58,615 bases of DNA from a virus (Duplodnaviria; Caudoviricetes). The notes under the pieces are model-generated. The model was given only the letters and a program-made list of their open reading frames with translations, was not told the origin of the DNA and did not search any database. This document shows, one piece after another, positions 29,493 to 38,815 of the stretch (its first letter is position 1; every line of letters begins with the position of its first letter). Where the stretch lies: IMG/VR virus record IMGVR_UViG_3300043015_001060, positions 1-58,615 of that record; one strand, 5' to 3'. A program made the translations under genes and the position numbers.

Positions 29493-30599
29493 ATGCAAAA
29501 ACCATTTGACTTAACAAAGTTTAGAACTGGATTGACTAAAAGCATATCTGGTATTAGTGCTGGTTTCCATGACCCAAAGGATTGGATCAGTACTGGTAAC
29601 AAAACATTAGACTACTTAATAAGTGGAGACTTCAATGGAGGTATACCACTAGGTAAAGTTAGTGTGTTTGCAGGTGAATCAGGTTCTGGTAAATCGTTTA
29701 TATGTTCTGGAAACATTGTTAAAAATGCACAAGATCAAGGATGCCAAGTAGTATTATTTGACTCTGAAAACGCATTAGATGAACAATGGTTGCAGGCATT
29801 AGATGTTGATACATCACCGGAAAAACTATTAAAAATTAGTGTTTCAATGATTGACGATGTTGCTAAAGCAATAAGTGAATTTATGAAAGACTATAAAAAT
29901 AATTACGGTGATATGGAATATGAAGATATGCCAAAACTATTATTTGTTATAGATAGTTTAGGAATGTTATTAACCCCTACTGATGTAACACAATTTGAAA
30001 AAGGTGACATGAAAGGTGACATGGGTAGAAAACCAAAGGCATTGGCGTCTTTAGTTAGAAACACAGTTAACCAAATTGCACCTTTTCCAATTGGAATTGT
30101 TGCAACTAACCATACATATGCATCACAAGATATGTTTGACCCAGATGACAAGATCTCAGGTGGTCAAGGCTTTATCTATGCAAGTAGTATTGTAGTTGCA
30201 ATTAAAAAACTAAAACTAAAAGAAGATGCAGACGGAAACAAAGTATCTTCTGTGCAAGGCATCAGAGCCGCCTGTAAAGTTATGAAGTCTAGATATAGTA
30301 AACCTTTTGAAGGTGTACAGATTAAGATTCCATATGAAACAGGAATGGACCCTTATAGCGGAATGGTAGAAATGCTAGAAGCAAAAGAAATACTTACTAA
30401 AGTAGGTAACAAACTTTCTTATGTTTCTCCTGTTACAGGTGAAGAGATCAAAGAGTTCAGAAAAGGTTGGACAGATGATAAACTTCAAGTAATTCTAGAT
30501 GAATGGGGTCAAAATCCACTAGCACAAGGTGACATAGTAGAAGATTTAGACCCAGAGGTATTAGAACCAGAAATGGAGGATTATACAGATGAGTCCTGA
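29493..30599 (+). CDS. uvsX: RecA-like recombinase UvsX
   Basis: AGESGSGKS, FDSENA, VIDSLGML, TNHTY, SGGQG. Confidence 0.95.
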   Translation: MQKPFDLTKFRTGLTKSISGISAGFHDPKDWISTGNKTLDYLISGDFNGGIPLGKVSVFAGESGSGKSFICSGNIVKNAQDQGCQVVLFDSENALDEQWLQALDVDTSPEKLLKISVSMIDDVAKAISEFMKDYKNNYGDMEYEDMPKLLFVIDSLGMLLTPTDVTQFEKGDMKGDMGRKPKALASLVRNTVNQIAPFPIGIVATNHTYASQDMFDPDDKISGGQGFIYASSIVVAIKKLKLKEDADGNKVSSVQGIRAACKVMKSRYSKPFEGVQIKIPYETGMDPYSGMVEMLEAKEILTKVGNKLSYVSPVTGEEIKEFRKGWTDDKLQVILDEWGQNPLAQGDIVEDLDPEVLEPEMEDYTDES

Positions 30600-30822
30600 A
30601 GTAGCACTACTATTAGACGCATGGGATACGGTTAAATCGTTTATCCCTGCAAAAGAACGACTACATGTAGCAGAAGAATTACTTAGGTCTTTTGAAGATC
30701 ATGTAGATATTTCAGATGCAGAAGATAATGCTAACGAATTTGATTCTGTTATGAAAGCCGCATTAATCAGTCACTTTGACATCGGATTAAACGATGATGA
30801 TGACGAAGAAGATTGGGATTAA
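30589..30822 (+). CDS. small acidic hypothetical protein
   Basis: GGAGG RBS; lies between uvsX and uvsY. Confidence 0.7.
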   Translation: MSPEVALLLDAWDTVKSFIPAKERLHVAEELLRSFEDHVDISDAEDNANEFDSVMKAALISHFDIGLNDDDDEEDWD

Positions 30823-30826
30823 TTAA

Positions 30827-31288
30827 ATGGCTACCCATTACAATAAAATTGTTCAAGACTTAGGTAATATAGTTCCGGCGATCGAGTATTACGAAAAAGA
30901 ACTTGATGATGCTAGATGGGAAGTCAAAATTAAAGGGAGTTTAGAAAAGGCCTCTTCTTCACTACCCGGATTGACCGAGTATCGCTTTAATCAACTACAA
31001 GAGATTGAAGCGATACTTGAGCATTTAAATATTGAACTTAGGCGAGAACGTAGTAAAGTATTTAGAAAATATTTAGAAAGTTACAATAGAACACTTAGTA
31101 GTAGAGATGCAGATAAATTTGTAGACGGTGAAGATAGTGTTATTGATCTAACTCACCTTGTAAACCAATTTAGCCTTTTACGAAATAAATATCTAGGCAT
31201 AATGAAAGGATTGGATACTAAACAATGGCAGATAGGACACATAACGAGATTGAGAACAGCGGGAATGGAAGACATAGTGATCGACTAG
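30827..31288 (+). CDS. uvsY: recombination mediator UvsY-like
   Basis: YNRTLSSRDADKFVDGE...KGLDTKQWQIGHITRLRTAGMED. Confidence 0.85.
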   Translation: MATHYNKIVQDLGNIVPAIEYYEKELDDARWEVKIKGSLEKASSSLPGLTEYRFNQLQEIEAILEHLNIELRRERSKVFRKYLESYNRTLSSRDADKFVDGEDSVIDLTHLVNQFSLLRNKYLGIMKGLDTKQWQIGHITRLRTAGMEDIVID

Positions 31289-32427
31289 ATTCTCCTAAAC
31301 GTCATTTTGTAAATTATGATATTATAAATTGTCAAGAGCGAGTATGGGACAATTTTGAAGATTTTACAAAAACTTTTCGTAAAGACATAGATCAAAAATT
31401 AAGCGAGTTAGAGTCTCCTGAATATCTTTTTATAAAATTTTTATATTCTTGTGAAGCATCTAAATTTCTAATTAACGGCGAATGGTTTCCTAGAGCAATA
31501 CACAATTTTTCAAACGACACAGGCATACCATTAGAAAATATTACATTCACTTCAGGTAATTTAAAATTCAAAGAATCATATGATAGATGGCATTCACTTT
31601 ATGTGCCTAATGACAAAAAGTTTAATTGTGAATACTATAATTTTGGTATTTGGTTATATTCAAAAGGCCATGTTCATCATGATAAACTTGTTTATAGTTC
31701 TGACCCAATAGATATCAAACGAAGTTTTAGATTTAATTGCTTAAATGCAAATATGTTAAAACATAGACAAGTGTTTATGTTAAAACTTTTTGAAAGTGGT
31801 ATTTTAACCCAAACATTTTTAAATAACAATATTACAAGTTTTCATTATTGGCATGATGTAGATAATATGTTTCCATTACCAGAAAAGTTATTAGAAATGT
31901 TGCCTATACAGTATGATTTAAAAGGAGATTGGCAACAAGTGTTCGATCAAATTTTTCATATAGAAACTGATATGAATGGCACTGATTTTAATAAAACTGG
32001 TGATTATAGATACATATATGATAGGTCATATATAACTATTACCACTGAAAGTGGTGAATGCCATGGGAATCTTGATGTTTGTAATGATGAAAAACTAGAT
32101 AACTATTTTAGGCCTTTTCATAGAGAAACATTTTTAACTGAAAAAAGTACACGACCAATGTTAAATTTACATCCTCAAATAATTTATTCTGGTGCAGGTA
32201 CATTAGAATATTATAAAGAAAAAGGGTTTAAAACATTTAGTAATTATTGGAACGAAGACTACGATAATGAAGAAAACGGTGAACGTAAATTACAAATGAT
32301 AATTGATCTCATCAATGAATTAAACAACAAACATATAGATGAGATACACGAAATGTATTGGGACATGATGCCTATATTAAAACATAACCAAAAACATTTA
32401 ATTAATATGGATTTAAAGTATCAATGA
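31225..32427 (+). CDS. putative glycosyltransferase-like protein (start uncertain)
   Basis: FNCLN..HR, ITITTES, FLTEKSTRP, GFKTFSNYWNEDYD; paralog of the ORF at 7072. Confidence 0.5.
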   Translation: MADRTHNEIENSGNGRHSDRLDSPKRHFVNYDIINCQERVWDNFEDFTKTFRKDIDQKLSELESPEYLFIKFLYSCEASKFLINGEWFPRAIHNFSNDTGIPLENITFTSGNLKFKESYDRWHSLYVPNDKKFNCEYYNFGIWLYSKGHVHHDKLVYSSDPIDIKRSFRFNCLNANMLKHRQVFMLKLFESGILTQTFLNNNITSFHYWHDVDNMFPLPEKLLEMLPIQYDLKGDWQQVFDQIFHIETDMNGTDFNKTGDYRYIYDRSYITITTESGECHGNLDVCNDEKLDNYFRPFHRETFLTEKSTRPMLNLHPQIIYSGAGTLEYYKEKGFKTFSNYWNEDYDNEENGERKLQMIIDLINELNNKHIDEIHEMYWDMMPILKHNQKHLINMDLKYQ

Positions 32428-32633
32428 AATTAGATTTACATGGCGTAAGGCACCACGAAGTTGATTTAAAGGTAGAAAATTTTATACTAATGAATCAATC
32501 TCAAATACCCTTAACAATTATTTGTGGTAACAGCCAACGTATGATAGATTTAGTATTTGATGTTATAAGTAGAATAGGTTGTGAAACAGTTGTAATGGAT
32601 AGTTATGGCATCATAGTTATTAGAAATGTTTAG
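32424..32633 (+). CDS. stand-alone Smr-domain-like protein
   Basis: LDLHG and IICGNS motifs. Confidence 0.6.
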   Translation: MKLDLHGVRHHEVDLKVENFILMNQSQIPLTIICGNSQRMIDLVFDVISRIGCETVVMDSYGIIVIRNV

Positions 32634-32741
32634 AATTATAGGAAACATATATCATCAATTAACACTTCGATTTTATCTATATCGAGCAAAACGTATCTGC
32701 AGGAAAGCAGATTCTCTTTTAATAAAGCATATTAAAAACTC

Positions 32742-32769
32742 TTGACAATTACAGTATTTTTGCTATAAT
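32742..32769 (+). promoter_or_regulatory. sigma70-type promoter
   Basis: TTGACA-N16-TATAAT with an extended TG. Confidence 0.8.
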
Positions 32770-32775
32770 AATACT

Positions 32776-32988
32776 ATGTTAATTAATACAGTCTTTTTAA
32801 TAGGTTTCATACTTCTAGCAGGTGTGATTATCGAAGGTGCCTGGAAGAACTTTAATATCGATCTTTCTGGTACTCCTATTTGGTTTCAACTTATTATGCC
32901 CTTTGTAGCGGTCGGATTGTATTTTTGGATTATATATTTAATCTTTTCTGGTATTGGTAATTTTTTATATAATTTTACTTATGGTTGA
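32776..32988 (+). CDS. small two-TM membrane protein
   Basis: Two hydrophobic segments; ATG 6 nt after the -10 box. Confidence 0.65.
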   Translation: MLINTVFLIGFILLAGVIIEGAWKNFNIDLSGTPIWFQLIMPFVAVGLYFWIIYLIFSGIGNFLYNFTYG

Positions 32989-33012
32989 CAATATCAAAAA
33001 CGATAGTATAAT
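32985..33012 (+). promoter_or_regulatory. sigma70-type promoter
   Basis: TTGACA-N16-TATAAT. Confidence 0.8.
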
Positions 33013-33052
33013 ATAACTATATTTTAAATTAATGCTGTGGGAGGCAATCAAT

Positions 33053-34072
33053 ATGAAATCATTTGTTAAAATTAAAAAAGGTACTTACCGTAATGCACCT
33101 ATTAAAGATGCGGTTTTTCCAGTAGTTAAGCCACTTTCATTTGGTAAGAAAGGACCGTTTGTAACGGTTGATGGTTCTGCTTTAATGGGCAGTACTGCTA
33201 AAAAAATTAGAGTGTTAGTAGCATCACCATTAGATGTAACACCTAGTTCACAGGAAGAATACAAATCCTTGATGCCAGTTAAGGAAACTACTAAGAAAAA
33301 AGAAACTCCAGAACAGGCTATGGATAGAATCAAAGGTCGTTTTGAAGTATTAGATAAGATGACCGATGCAGTTGCTAATGGTAATGTAAGAGGACTTATT
33401 GTTAGTGGTCCTCCAGGAGTTGGTAAAAGTTTTGGTGTAGAAACTATACTTGATGAGTATGAAGCAATGGCTAAATTATCAGGTCAGTCTAGAACTGAAA
33501 TGGTAAAAGGTGCAATGACACCGATTGGGTTATTTCAAACATTATTTAATAATTCGAATGCAGGAGACATTCTTGTATTTGATGACTGCGATAGTATTTT
33601 ATTTGATGAAGTTTGTTTAAACATGCTTAAGGCTGTTTTAGATTCTGGTAAAAAGAGAACTATTACTTGGAAAGCAGAGTCTAACGTTTTAAGAAGAGAA
33701 GGTATACCTGAAAGATTTGATTTTAAGGGTGGTTGTATTTTTATTACTAATGTCAACTTTGAAAATGTTAGAAGTAAAAAGATCAAAGATCACTTAGACG
33801 CACTTATGTCAAGGTGCCATTATTTAGATTTAGGTATGGACTCTACAAGTGATAAGTTCTTAAGAATTAACCAAATCGTTAGAGATGGTATGCTTAAAGA
33901 ATACGGATTCAGCAAAGAGTTCGAAAAAGAAATCATAGACTTTATGGTTTTGAAAAGTGCTAGACTTAGAGAGATAAGTTTAAGAATGGTACTAAAAATT
34001 GCTGACTTGGCTAAGATGGATTTCGATAATTGGAAATCAATTGCTGAGTCAACATGTATGAGACGTTCATAG
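33053..34072 (+). CDS. AAA+ ATPase
   Basis: SGPPGVGKS (Walker A), VFDDCD (Walker B), IFITN, ALMSR; start moved to the ATG after the GGGAGG RBS. Confidence 0.9.
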   Translation: MKSFVKIKKGTYRNAPIKDAVFPVVKPLSFGKKGPFVTVDGSALMGSTAKKIRVLVASPLDVTPSSQEEYKSLMPVKETTKKKETPEQAMDRIKGRFEVLDKMTDAVANGNVRGLIVSGPPGVGKSFGVETILDEYEAMAKLSGQSRTEMVKGAMTPIGLFQTLFNNSNAGDILVFDDCDSILFDEVCLNMLKAVLDSGKKRTITWKAESNVLRREGIPERFDFKGGCIFITNVNFENVRSKKIKDHLDALMSRCHYLDLGMDSTSDKFLRINQIVRDGMLKEYGFSKEFEKEIIDFMVLKSARLREISLRMVLKIADLAKMDFDNWKSIAESTCMRRS

Positions 34073-34076
34073 TTTC

Positions 34077-34116
34077 ATACTCCCCCTAGTGTTCAAAACC
34101 CTCCCACTTTGAGCAC
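34077..34116 (+). ncRNA. candidate structured 3'-UTR/sRNA with anti-SD loop
   Basis: Stem GTGTTCAAA/TTTGAGCAC (one G-U pair) with loop ACCCTCCCAC; preceded by ATACTCCCCCT. Confidence 0.45.
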
Positions 34117-34119
34117 TTT

Positions 34120-34152
34120 GAAACCCTCAAATTTATTTGGGGGTTTCTTTTT
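34120..34152 (+). terminator. rho-independent terminator
   Basis: GAAACCCTCAAAT/ATTTGGGGGTTTC stem followed by a T tract. Confidence 0.8.
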
Positions 34153-34161
34153 ATAAAACTC

Positions 34162-34189
34162 TTGACAATACTTAAAAGTCATGTATAAT
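34162..34189 (+). promoter_or_regulatory. sigma70-type promoter
   Basis: TTGACA-N16-TATAAT. Confidence 0.8.
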
Positions 34190-34225
34190 TAGTACTTAAT
34201 GAACTATATCTTTTTTTGGAGAAAT

Positions 34226-35965
34226 ATGAATAAATTAGATAAGAACTTTCATATCAATATGTCTCCTTTATATTTAACATTTGTTTTCATGATTTTTATG
34301 TTATGGGCAAGTGAAGTAAAAGGCGATGAGATAGAAGAAATTATTGTAACTGCTCAACAAGAGGAAACTGTGGTAGCAAATCCTGTTACATCAAGTAGCC
34401 TTATTAGTGCAATACAAGAAGACTTTACATACTCACAAGGTGGATATGGTGGTTTTGTAGGCTACAATGAGCGAGGTGCTCAAACAATACATACATCAGT
34501 TTATGTAAATGGTATACCAGCAAATGGCACAGGCAGTGGTTGGTATGATTTTGGACACGATTTTGCAAGTGGACAAACTGTAAAGGTTATTTCAGGTGCA
34601 AACGGAGTGTTATATGGCTCAGGTAGTATTGCTGGTGCAATACTTATTACTGATACAATTGATAGCGGTTTAACAGTACGGCTCGAAGACGATATAAAAT
34701 TTGCCAGAGTTGCACCTACTGATTCAATTGAATTTAGTATGATAAACGATGGCATGGATAGTGTTCGCAACGACAATGATGAAGAAGACAGTTACAAAAA
34801 TAAAACTGCAAGGTTTGATGTTGATGCTGGAGACTTTAATCTAGTAGGCAAATATACAGATTACGAATATGATTATGACAACTGTTATACTTCAAGTTTC
34901 TCTCAAAGCAATGACTGTTTACAAGACGGCGAACGTTACAATGTTGCTATTAGAAACAACATACTAACATTAGGTAGAGCATACGAAAAATCAGAATACT
35001 TTACTGAAGGTGATTCAACATACGTGAATGAAAACTATAGAGACTTTCTTAGAGTTGGTAAGCAAATGATTCTAAGTAACAAACTAAATGTTACATACGG
35101 TCTAGATGCAGAACAGCAACACTATAAAACATCATCTCCTTATAGTTCAAACATATATGAAGATGAGAACTTTGCTGTATTCATGTCTGCTAATGCTGAC
35201 TTTGTAATGAGTTACAACTTTGGATTTAGACTAGGTAACGATGATCAAAATGCTCTTAGACTTGGTATTGAAAATGGACCATGGTATTTTAACATTGGTG
35301 ACAGTTTTAGAAAACCTAACTTGTATGAAAAGTTTGGTGATGCCTATGTCGATGGCGACGAAGATCTAAAGCCTGAAGAAGGTATTGGATATGAATTAGG
35401 CTTTGGCGTTATGAGTTTATTTAGATATGAGTTCGATGAAACAATTGAGTATGTAGCAGGATATTCTACTACTGTAGTTGTAGAACCAGAAGTAAGTGTA
35501 ACAGATCCTGACACAGGTGAAGTTACTGTAACACCTGCTGTAACAGAAGATGTGTACACAAATGCCACGTACGCAAATGGTGGTGATTACATCACACAAG
35601 GTTTTAGATTTGCTAATAACTTTGGACCAGTGTATTTAAGTTTAAAGTATACAGATACTGAACAACCTAGAGTACCAAAAATATCAGGTGCTGTACAATA
35701 CAGTAAAGATGTTTATGGTGTAAATCTTAGAATTAAGTATGCAGTACAACTAGATAGAGAACCTAGTCAATATGATGTACTACCAGAAGGACAAACAAAG
35801 TTAGATGATCTTAAGAAGTTAAATTTTTATGCTACTAAAGATTTCAATAACGGATTTGTTTTATCGTTTAAGGTAGAAAATATCACAGACGAAGATGTTG
35901 AAGTAGTTCCTTTCTATGGAGTTGAAGGTACTGAATATTATTTGACATTAGGCTATAAGTGGTAG
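34226..35965 (+). CDS. TonB-dependent outer-membrane receptor
   Basis: Signal peptide, TonB box EEIIVTAQ, plug motifs VYVNGIP and GANGVLYGSGSIAGAI, FRKPNL, C-terminal strand YYLTLGYKW; GGAG RBS. Confidence 0.88.
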   Translation: MNKLDKNFHINMSPLYLTFVFMIFMLWASEVKGDEIEEIIVTAQQEETVVANPVTSSSLISAIQEDFTYSQGGYGGFVGYNERGAQTIHTSVYVNGIPANGTGSGWYDFGHDFASGQTVKVISGANGVLYGSGSIAGAILITDTIDSGLTVRLEDDIKFARVAPTDSIEFSMINDGMDSVRNDNDEEDSYKNKTARFDVDAGDFNLVGKYTDYEYDYDNCYTSSFSQSNDCLQDGERYNVAIRNNILTLGRAYEKSEYFTEGDSTYVNENYRDFLRVGKQMILSNKLNVTYGLDAEQQHYKTSSPYSSNIYEDENFAVFMSANADFVMSYNFGFRLGNDDQNALRLGIENGPWYFNIGDSFRKPNLYEKFGDAYVDGDEDLKPEEGIGYELGFGVMSLFRYEFDETIEYVAGYSTTVVVEPEVSVTDPDTGEVTVTPAVTEDVYTNATYANGGDYITQGFRFANNFGPVYLSLKYTDTEQPRVPKISGAVQYSKDVYGVNLRIKYAVQLDREPSQYDVLPEGQTKLDDLKKLNFYATKDFNNGFVLSFKVENITDEDVEVVPFYGVEGTEYYLTLGYKW

Positions 35966-35971
35966 TATAAT
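35942..35971 (+). promoter_or_regulatory. sigma70-type promoter
   Basis: TTGACA-N18-TATAAT, 5 nt before the uvsW ATG. Confidence 0.6.
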
Positions 35972-35976
35972 AAATT

Positions 35977-37434
35977 ATGGGTAAATGTGTTTTAGAAATT
36001 AGAGACGAAGTAAATGTTCGTTTCACAGGACTTGATGTTAAAACAAGGCGTAAAATTTCAGATGAAGTAAAATACTTTTTACCTTATGCCTATCATATGC
36101 CTGCTTATAAATTGGGCAGATGGGACGGCTGTATTAGATATTGTGATATAGGCGGTAGAACATATTTTCATTTATTAGAAAGATTACTGCCTATTGTTAC
36201 TGGTGACGGATACGAAATAGAAGTAGTTGACAACAGAACAAAATGGGATTTCAGTTTTACTTCTGTAAAACAAGATAGTTATAGTCACGTAACTTGGCCT
36301 AAAGGTCATACTGTAGCAGGAACACCAATTCAGTTAAGAGATTATCAAGTAGATATTGTAAATAAATTTTTAGAAAATCCACAATGTTTACAAGAAATTG
36401 CCACAGGTGCAGGTAAAACTCTTGTTACAGCAGTACTTAGTGAAAAATGTGAGGAGTACGGCAGAACAGTAGTTATTGTACCTAACAAAGATCTTGTTGT
36501 GCAAACAGAAAAAGATTACAAAAACTTAGGACTTGACGTAGGTGTCCTTTATGGCGACAGGAAAGAGTATGACAAAACACATACAATTTGTACATGGCAA
36601 AGTTTAGCAGTATTAGAAAAGAAAACTAAGTCATATGAAGCAGAAGTAGACATTGATGTATTCTTAGATAACGTTGTTTGTGTAATGGTCGACGAAGTTC
36701 ATAAGGCAAAAGCAGATGTATTACAAAAACTTCTTAGCGGAGTGTTTGCCAATGTCCCTATTAGATGGGGACTAACTGGCACTATACCAAAAGACGAACA
36801 TGAAGCAATTGGTTGTTTGGTGAGTTTAGGCCCAGTTGAAGGTAAGATGAGCAGTAAAGAATTACAGGATATGGGTGTACTAGCAGATTTAGATATTACT
36901 ATTCTACAACTACAAGATGGAATGATGGGATTCAGCACATACGCACAAGAACTTAAATGGTTAGTTACAGACCCAAAAAGAATAGATCAGTTAAGTAACA
37001 TTATCTCAGGCTATGCTAATAACGGTAATACACTAGTTCTTATAGATAGAATTGCTACAGGAGAAATGTTAGCAGAAAGAAATAAAGATTGGGTTTTTGT
37101 AAGTGGGTCTATGAAGACTCAAGATAGACAAGATGAATATGCAGAAATCAGCGAAATGGATAATAAAGTCATTGTTGCTACATACGGTGTAGCGGCAGTA
37201 GGTATCAACATACCAAGAATATTTAATCTTATAATGTTGGAACCAGGTAAGAGTTTTGTGAGAGTAATACAAAGCATTGGAAGAGGTATTAGAAAAGCAC
37301 AGGATAAAGATTATGTCAATGTGGTTGACATAACGAGTAATTTAAAGTATAGTAAGAGACACTTGACTAAAAGGAAAGCCTTTTACCGAGAGCAGAATTT
37401 TAGACATACAGTAACTAAAGTGGAGTATAAATGA
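35977..37434 (+). CDS. uvsW: SF2 helicase UvsW
   Basis: GRWDG, LRDYQ, ATGAGKT, DEVH, GLTGT, QSIGRGIR. Confidence 0.95.
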   Translation: MGKCVLEIRDEVNVRFTGLDVKTRRKISDEVKYFLPYAYHMPAYKLGRWDGCIRYCDIGGRTYFHLLERLLPIVTGDGYEIEVVDNRTKWDFSFTSVKQDSYSHVTWPKGHTVAGTPIQLRDYQVDIVNKFLENPQCLQEIATGAGKTLVTAVLSEKCEEYGRTVVIVPNKDLVVQTEKDYKNLGLDVGVLYGDRKEYDKTHTICTWQSLAVLEKKTKSYEAEVDIDVFLDNVVCVMVDEVHKAKADVLQKLLSGVFANVPIRWGLTGTIPKDEHEAIGCLVSLGPVEGKMSSKELQDMGVLADLDITILQLQDGMMGFSTYAQELKWLVTDPKRIDQLSNIISGYANNGNTLVLIDRIATGEMLAERNKDWVFVSGSMKTQDRQDEYAEISEMDNKVIVATYGVAAVGINIPRIFNLIMLEPGKSFVRVIQSIGRGIRKAQDKDYVNVVDITSNLKYSKRHLTKRKAFYREQNFRHTVTKVEYK

Positions 37435-37928
37435 AAATATTAACAATAGAAAATGATACATACGATATAGATTGTGTACCAGATGAGATAGATGACATAC
37501 GATATTGTGTTCTTGATGGCGGCGATCCAGAGTGGGTAGACTTTTTCTTCTTACCATTAATATTTTTAGAAAGTTTCTATGCACCTGCAATTTGTTTGCA
37601 GATAGGAGAATATAAAATTCAAATGCCTATGGATTGGAGTGTATTGTTATGTGACGAAGAATTAGATGGTATAGAGGTAATTCCTTTAGCAAGTTTAAAT
37701 AATCGAGGTTTTAGGGTTTTAGCAATGAATCCATTTACATCAAAAATACCTGGTAGTGAAGAAGTTAGTATTACAAACGTATATCAAGATGTAAAATGGT
37801 TTTTTCCAAAACTTAAAAATGGACATTTATTAGCAATACCTCTTGAAGATGGCCCTAACCCTAAATGTGCATACTTTGTAAAAGATGCAAATAAAGTTAA
37901 AGATTTTGAAATAGGCGATTTAATGTAA
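37431..37928 (+). CDS. hypothetical protein, possible degenerate Hint-fold
   Basis: The beta-strand pattern resembles Hint blocks; catalytic residues are not evident. Confidence 0.6.
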   Translation: MKILTIENDTYDIDCVPDEIDDIRYCVLDGGDPEWVDFFFLPLIFLESFYAPAICLQIGEYKIQMPMDWSVLLCDEELDGIEVIPLASLNNRGFRVLAMNPFTSKIPGSEEVSITNVYQDVKWFFPKLKNGHLLAIPLEDGPNPKCAYFVKDANKVKDFEIGDLM

Positions 37929-38023
37929 TGTTTGAAATATTATTTTGGAGTTTAATTGTAATTACATGGGCGTCAGTAGGCTTACATGTAATAAAAGAGT
38001 TTGTGAGAAATCACATAGAATAG
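37928..38023 (+). CDS. 31-aa membrane peptide (not in ORF track)
   Basis: MFEILFWSLIVITWASVGLHVIKEFVRNHIE; TAATG overlap with the upstream stop. Confidence 0.55.
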   Translation: MFEILFWSLIVITWASVGLHVIKEFVRNHIE

Positions 38024-38032
38024 GAGAATAAA

Positions 38033-38443
38033 ATGATAGAACCAAGTATTAACAAACCTAGTCTATTTAGAAGAACTGTAATGGGACTTGTAAATGGCTG
38101 GAGACGTGTAATGGATGTGAGATTTAATCCATTAAGAGTAATCAAAGACCCAAGTTTACAAACATACTTTATGCTAGTACTGTTTACTGTATGGAGTGTG
38201 TTCTTTGGCTTCTTAGCGGCAAACTATCTAGGGTTCTTTAACTACAATACAGTTATAAGTATCTTTATTCATGTTGCTGTATTGTTACCACTAGCATTCA
38301 CCAATGCAATCTTTGTTGATGCAGAACGTGATGGGCATAAATGGTTAAAAGAATGGAAAGCAGAGCAGAATAGATATACTATTATAACAAACAGACTGAG
38401 AAAGAAAAACTTAGTTATGTGGGATCCAAACAAGGAGGCATGA
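38033..38443 (+). CDS. membrane protein
   Basis: AGGAG RBS; two TM helices. Confidence 0.75.
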   Translation: MIEPSINKPSLFRRTVMGLVNGWRRVMDVRFNPLRVIKDPSLQTYFMLVLFTVWSVFFGFLAANYLGFFNYNTVISIFIHVAVLLPLAFTNAIFVDAERDGHKWLKEWKAEQNRYTIITNRLRKKNLVMWDPNKEA

Positions 38444-38631
38444 TGAGAAGTATATGGGATTTTATTGTGAAACACGAGTTTTGGTTTACCATACTACCAG
38501 TGATTGGTTTATATATTGGTGAATACCTAACTCGCACAGATTGGATGGGTGGTCTCGGATTTTTGTTATTTTTAATTGCAATAACACGATTAGCATCACA
38601 TCCAATGTGGAAAAAGGATAAGGAGGCGTAA
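38440..38631 (+). CDS. small membrane protein
   Basis: AAGGAGG RBS; two hydrophobic segments. Confidence 0.65.
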   Translation: MMRSIWDFIVKHEFWFTILPVIGLYIGEYLTRTDWMGGLGFLLFLIAITRLASHPMWKKDKEA

Positions 38632-38813
38632 TGGCAATATCAGATGAAATGAGAGAACAACTTGAAATGGTTGTTCAGTATGGTGACCAAATAAAAGCAA
38701 TGTTCAAAGAACAAGATGACGTTGACTATGAGATTGGTGACTACGATGAACCTATCACACAACTGTTAGGTCATATGAATGAAGTAATGGAAACAATTGA
38801 CGGAGGTTGGTAA
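38631..38813 (+). CDS. small acidic protein
   Basis: AAGGAGG RBS. Confidence 0.7.
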   Translation: MAISDEMREQLEMVVQYGDQIKAMFKEQDDVDYEIGDYDEPITQLLGHMNEVMETIDGGW

Positions 38814-38815
38814 AA

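Noticed and set aside
32626-32745. 39-aa ORF MFRIIGNIYHQ...
   Set aside because: It could be real, but it has no clear RBS or motif, so support is too weak to call.
34073-34225. Cobalamin riboswitch upstream of the TonB receptor
   Set aside because: The structured segment lies upstream of a terminator and of the receptor's own promoter, the leader is only about 30 nt, and no B12-box is visible.
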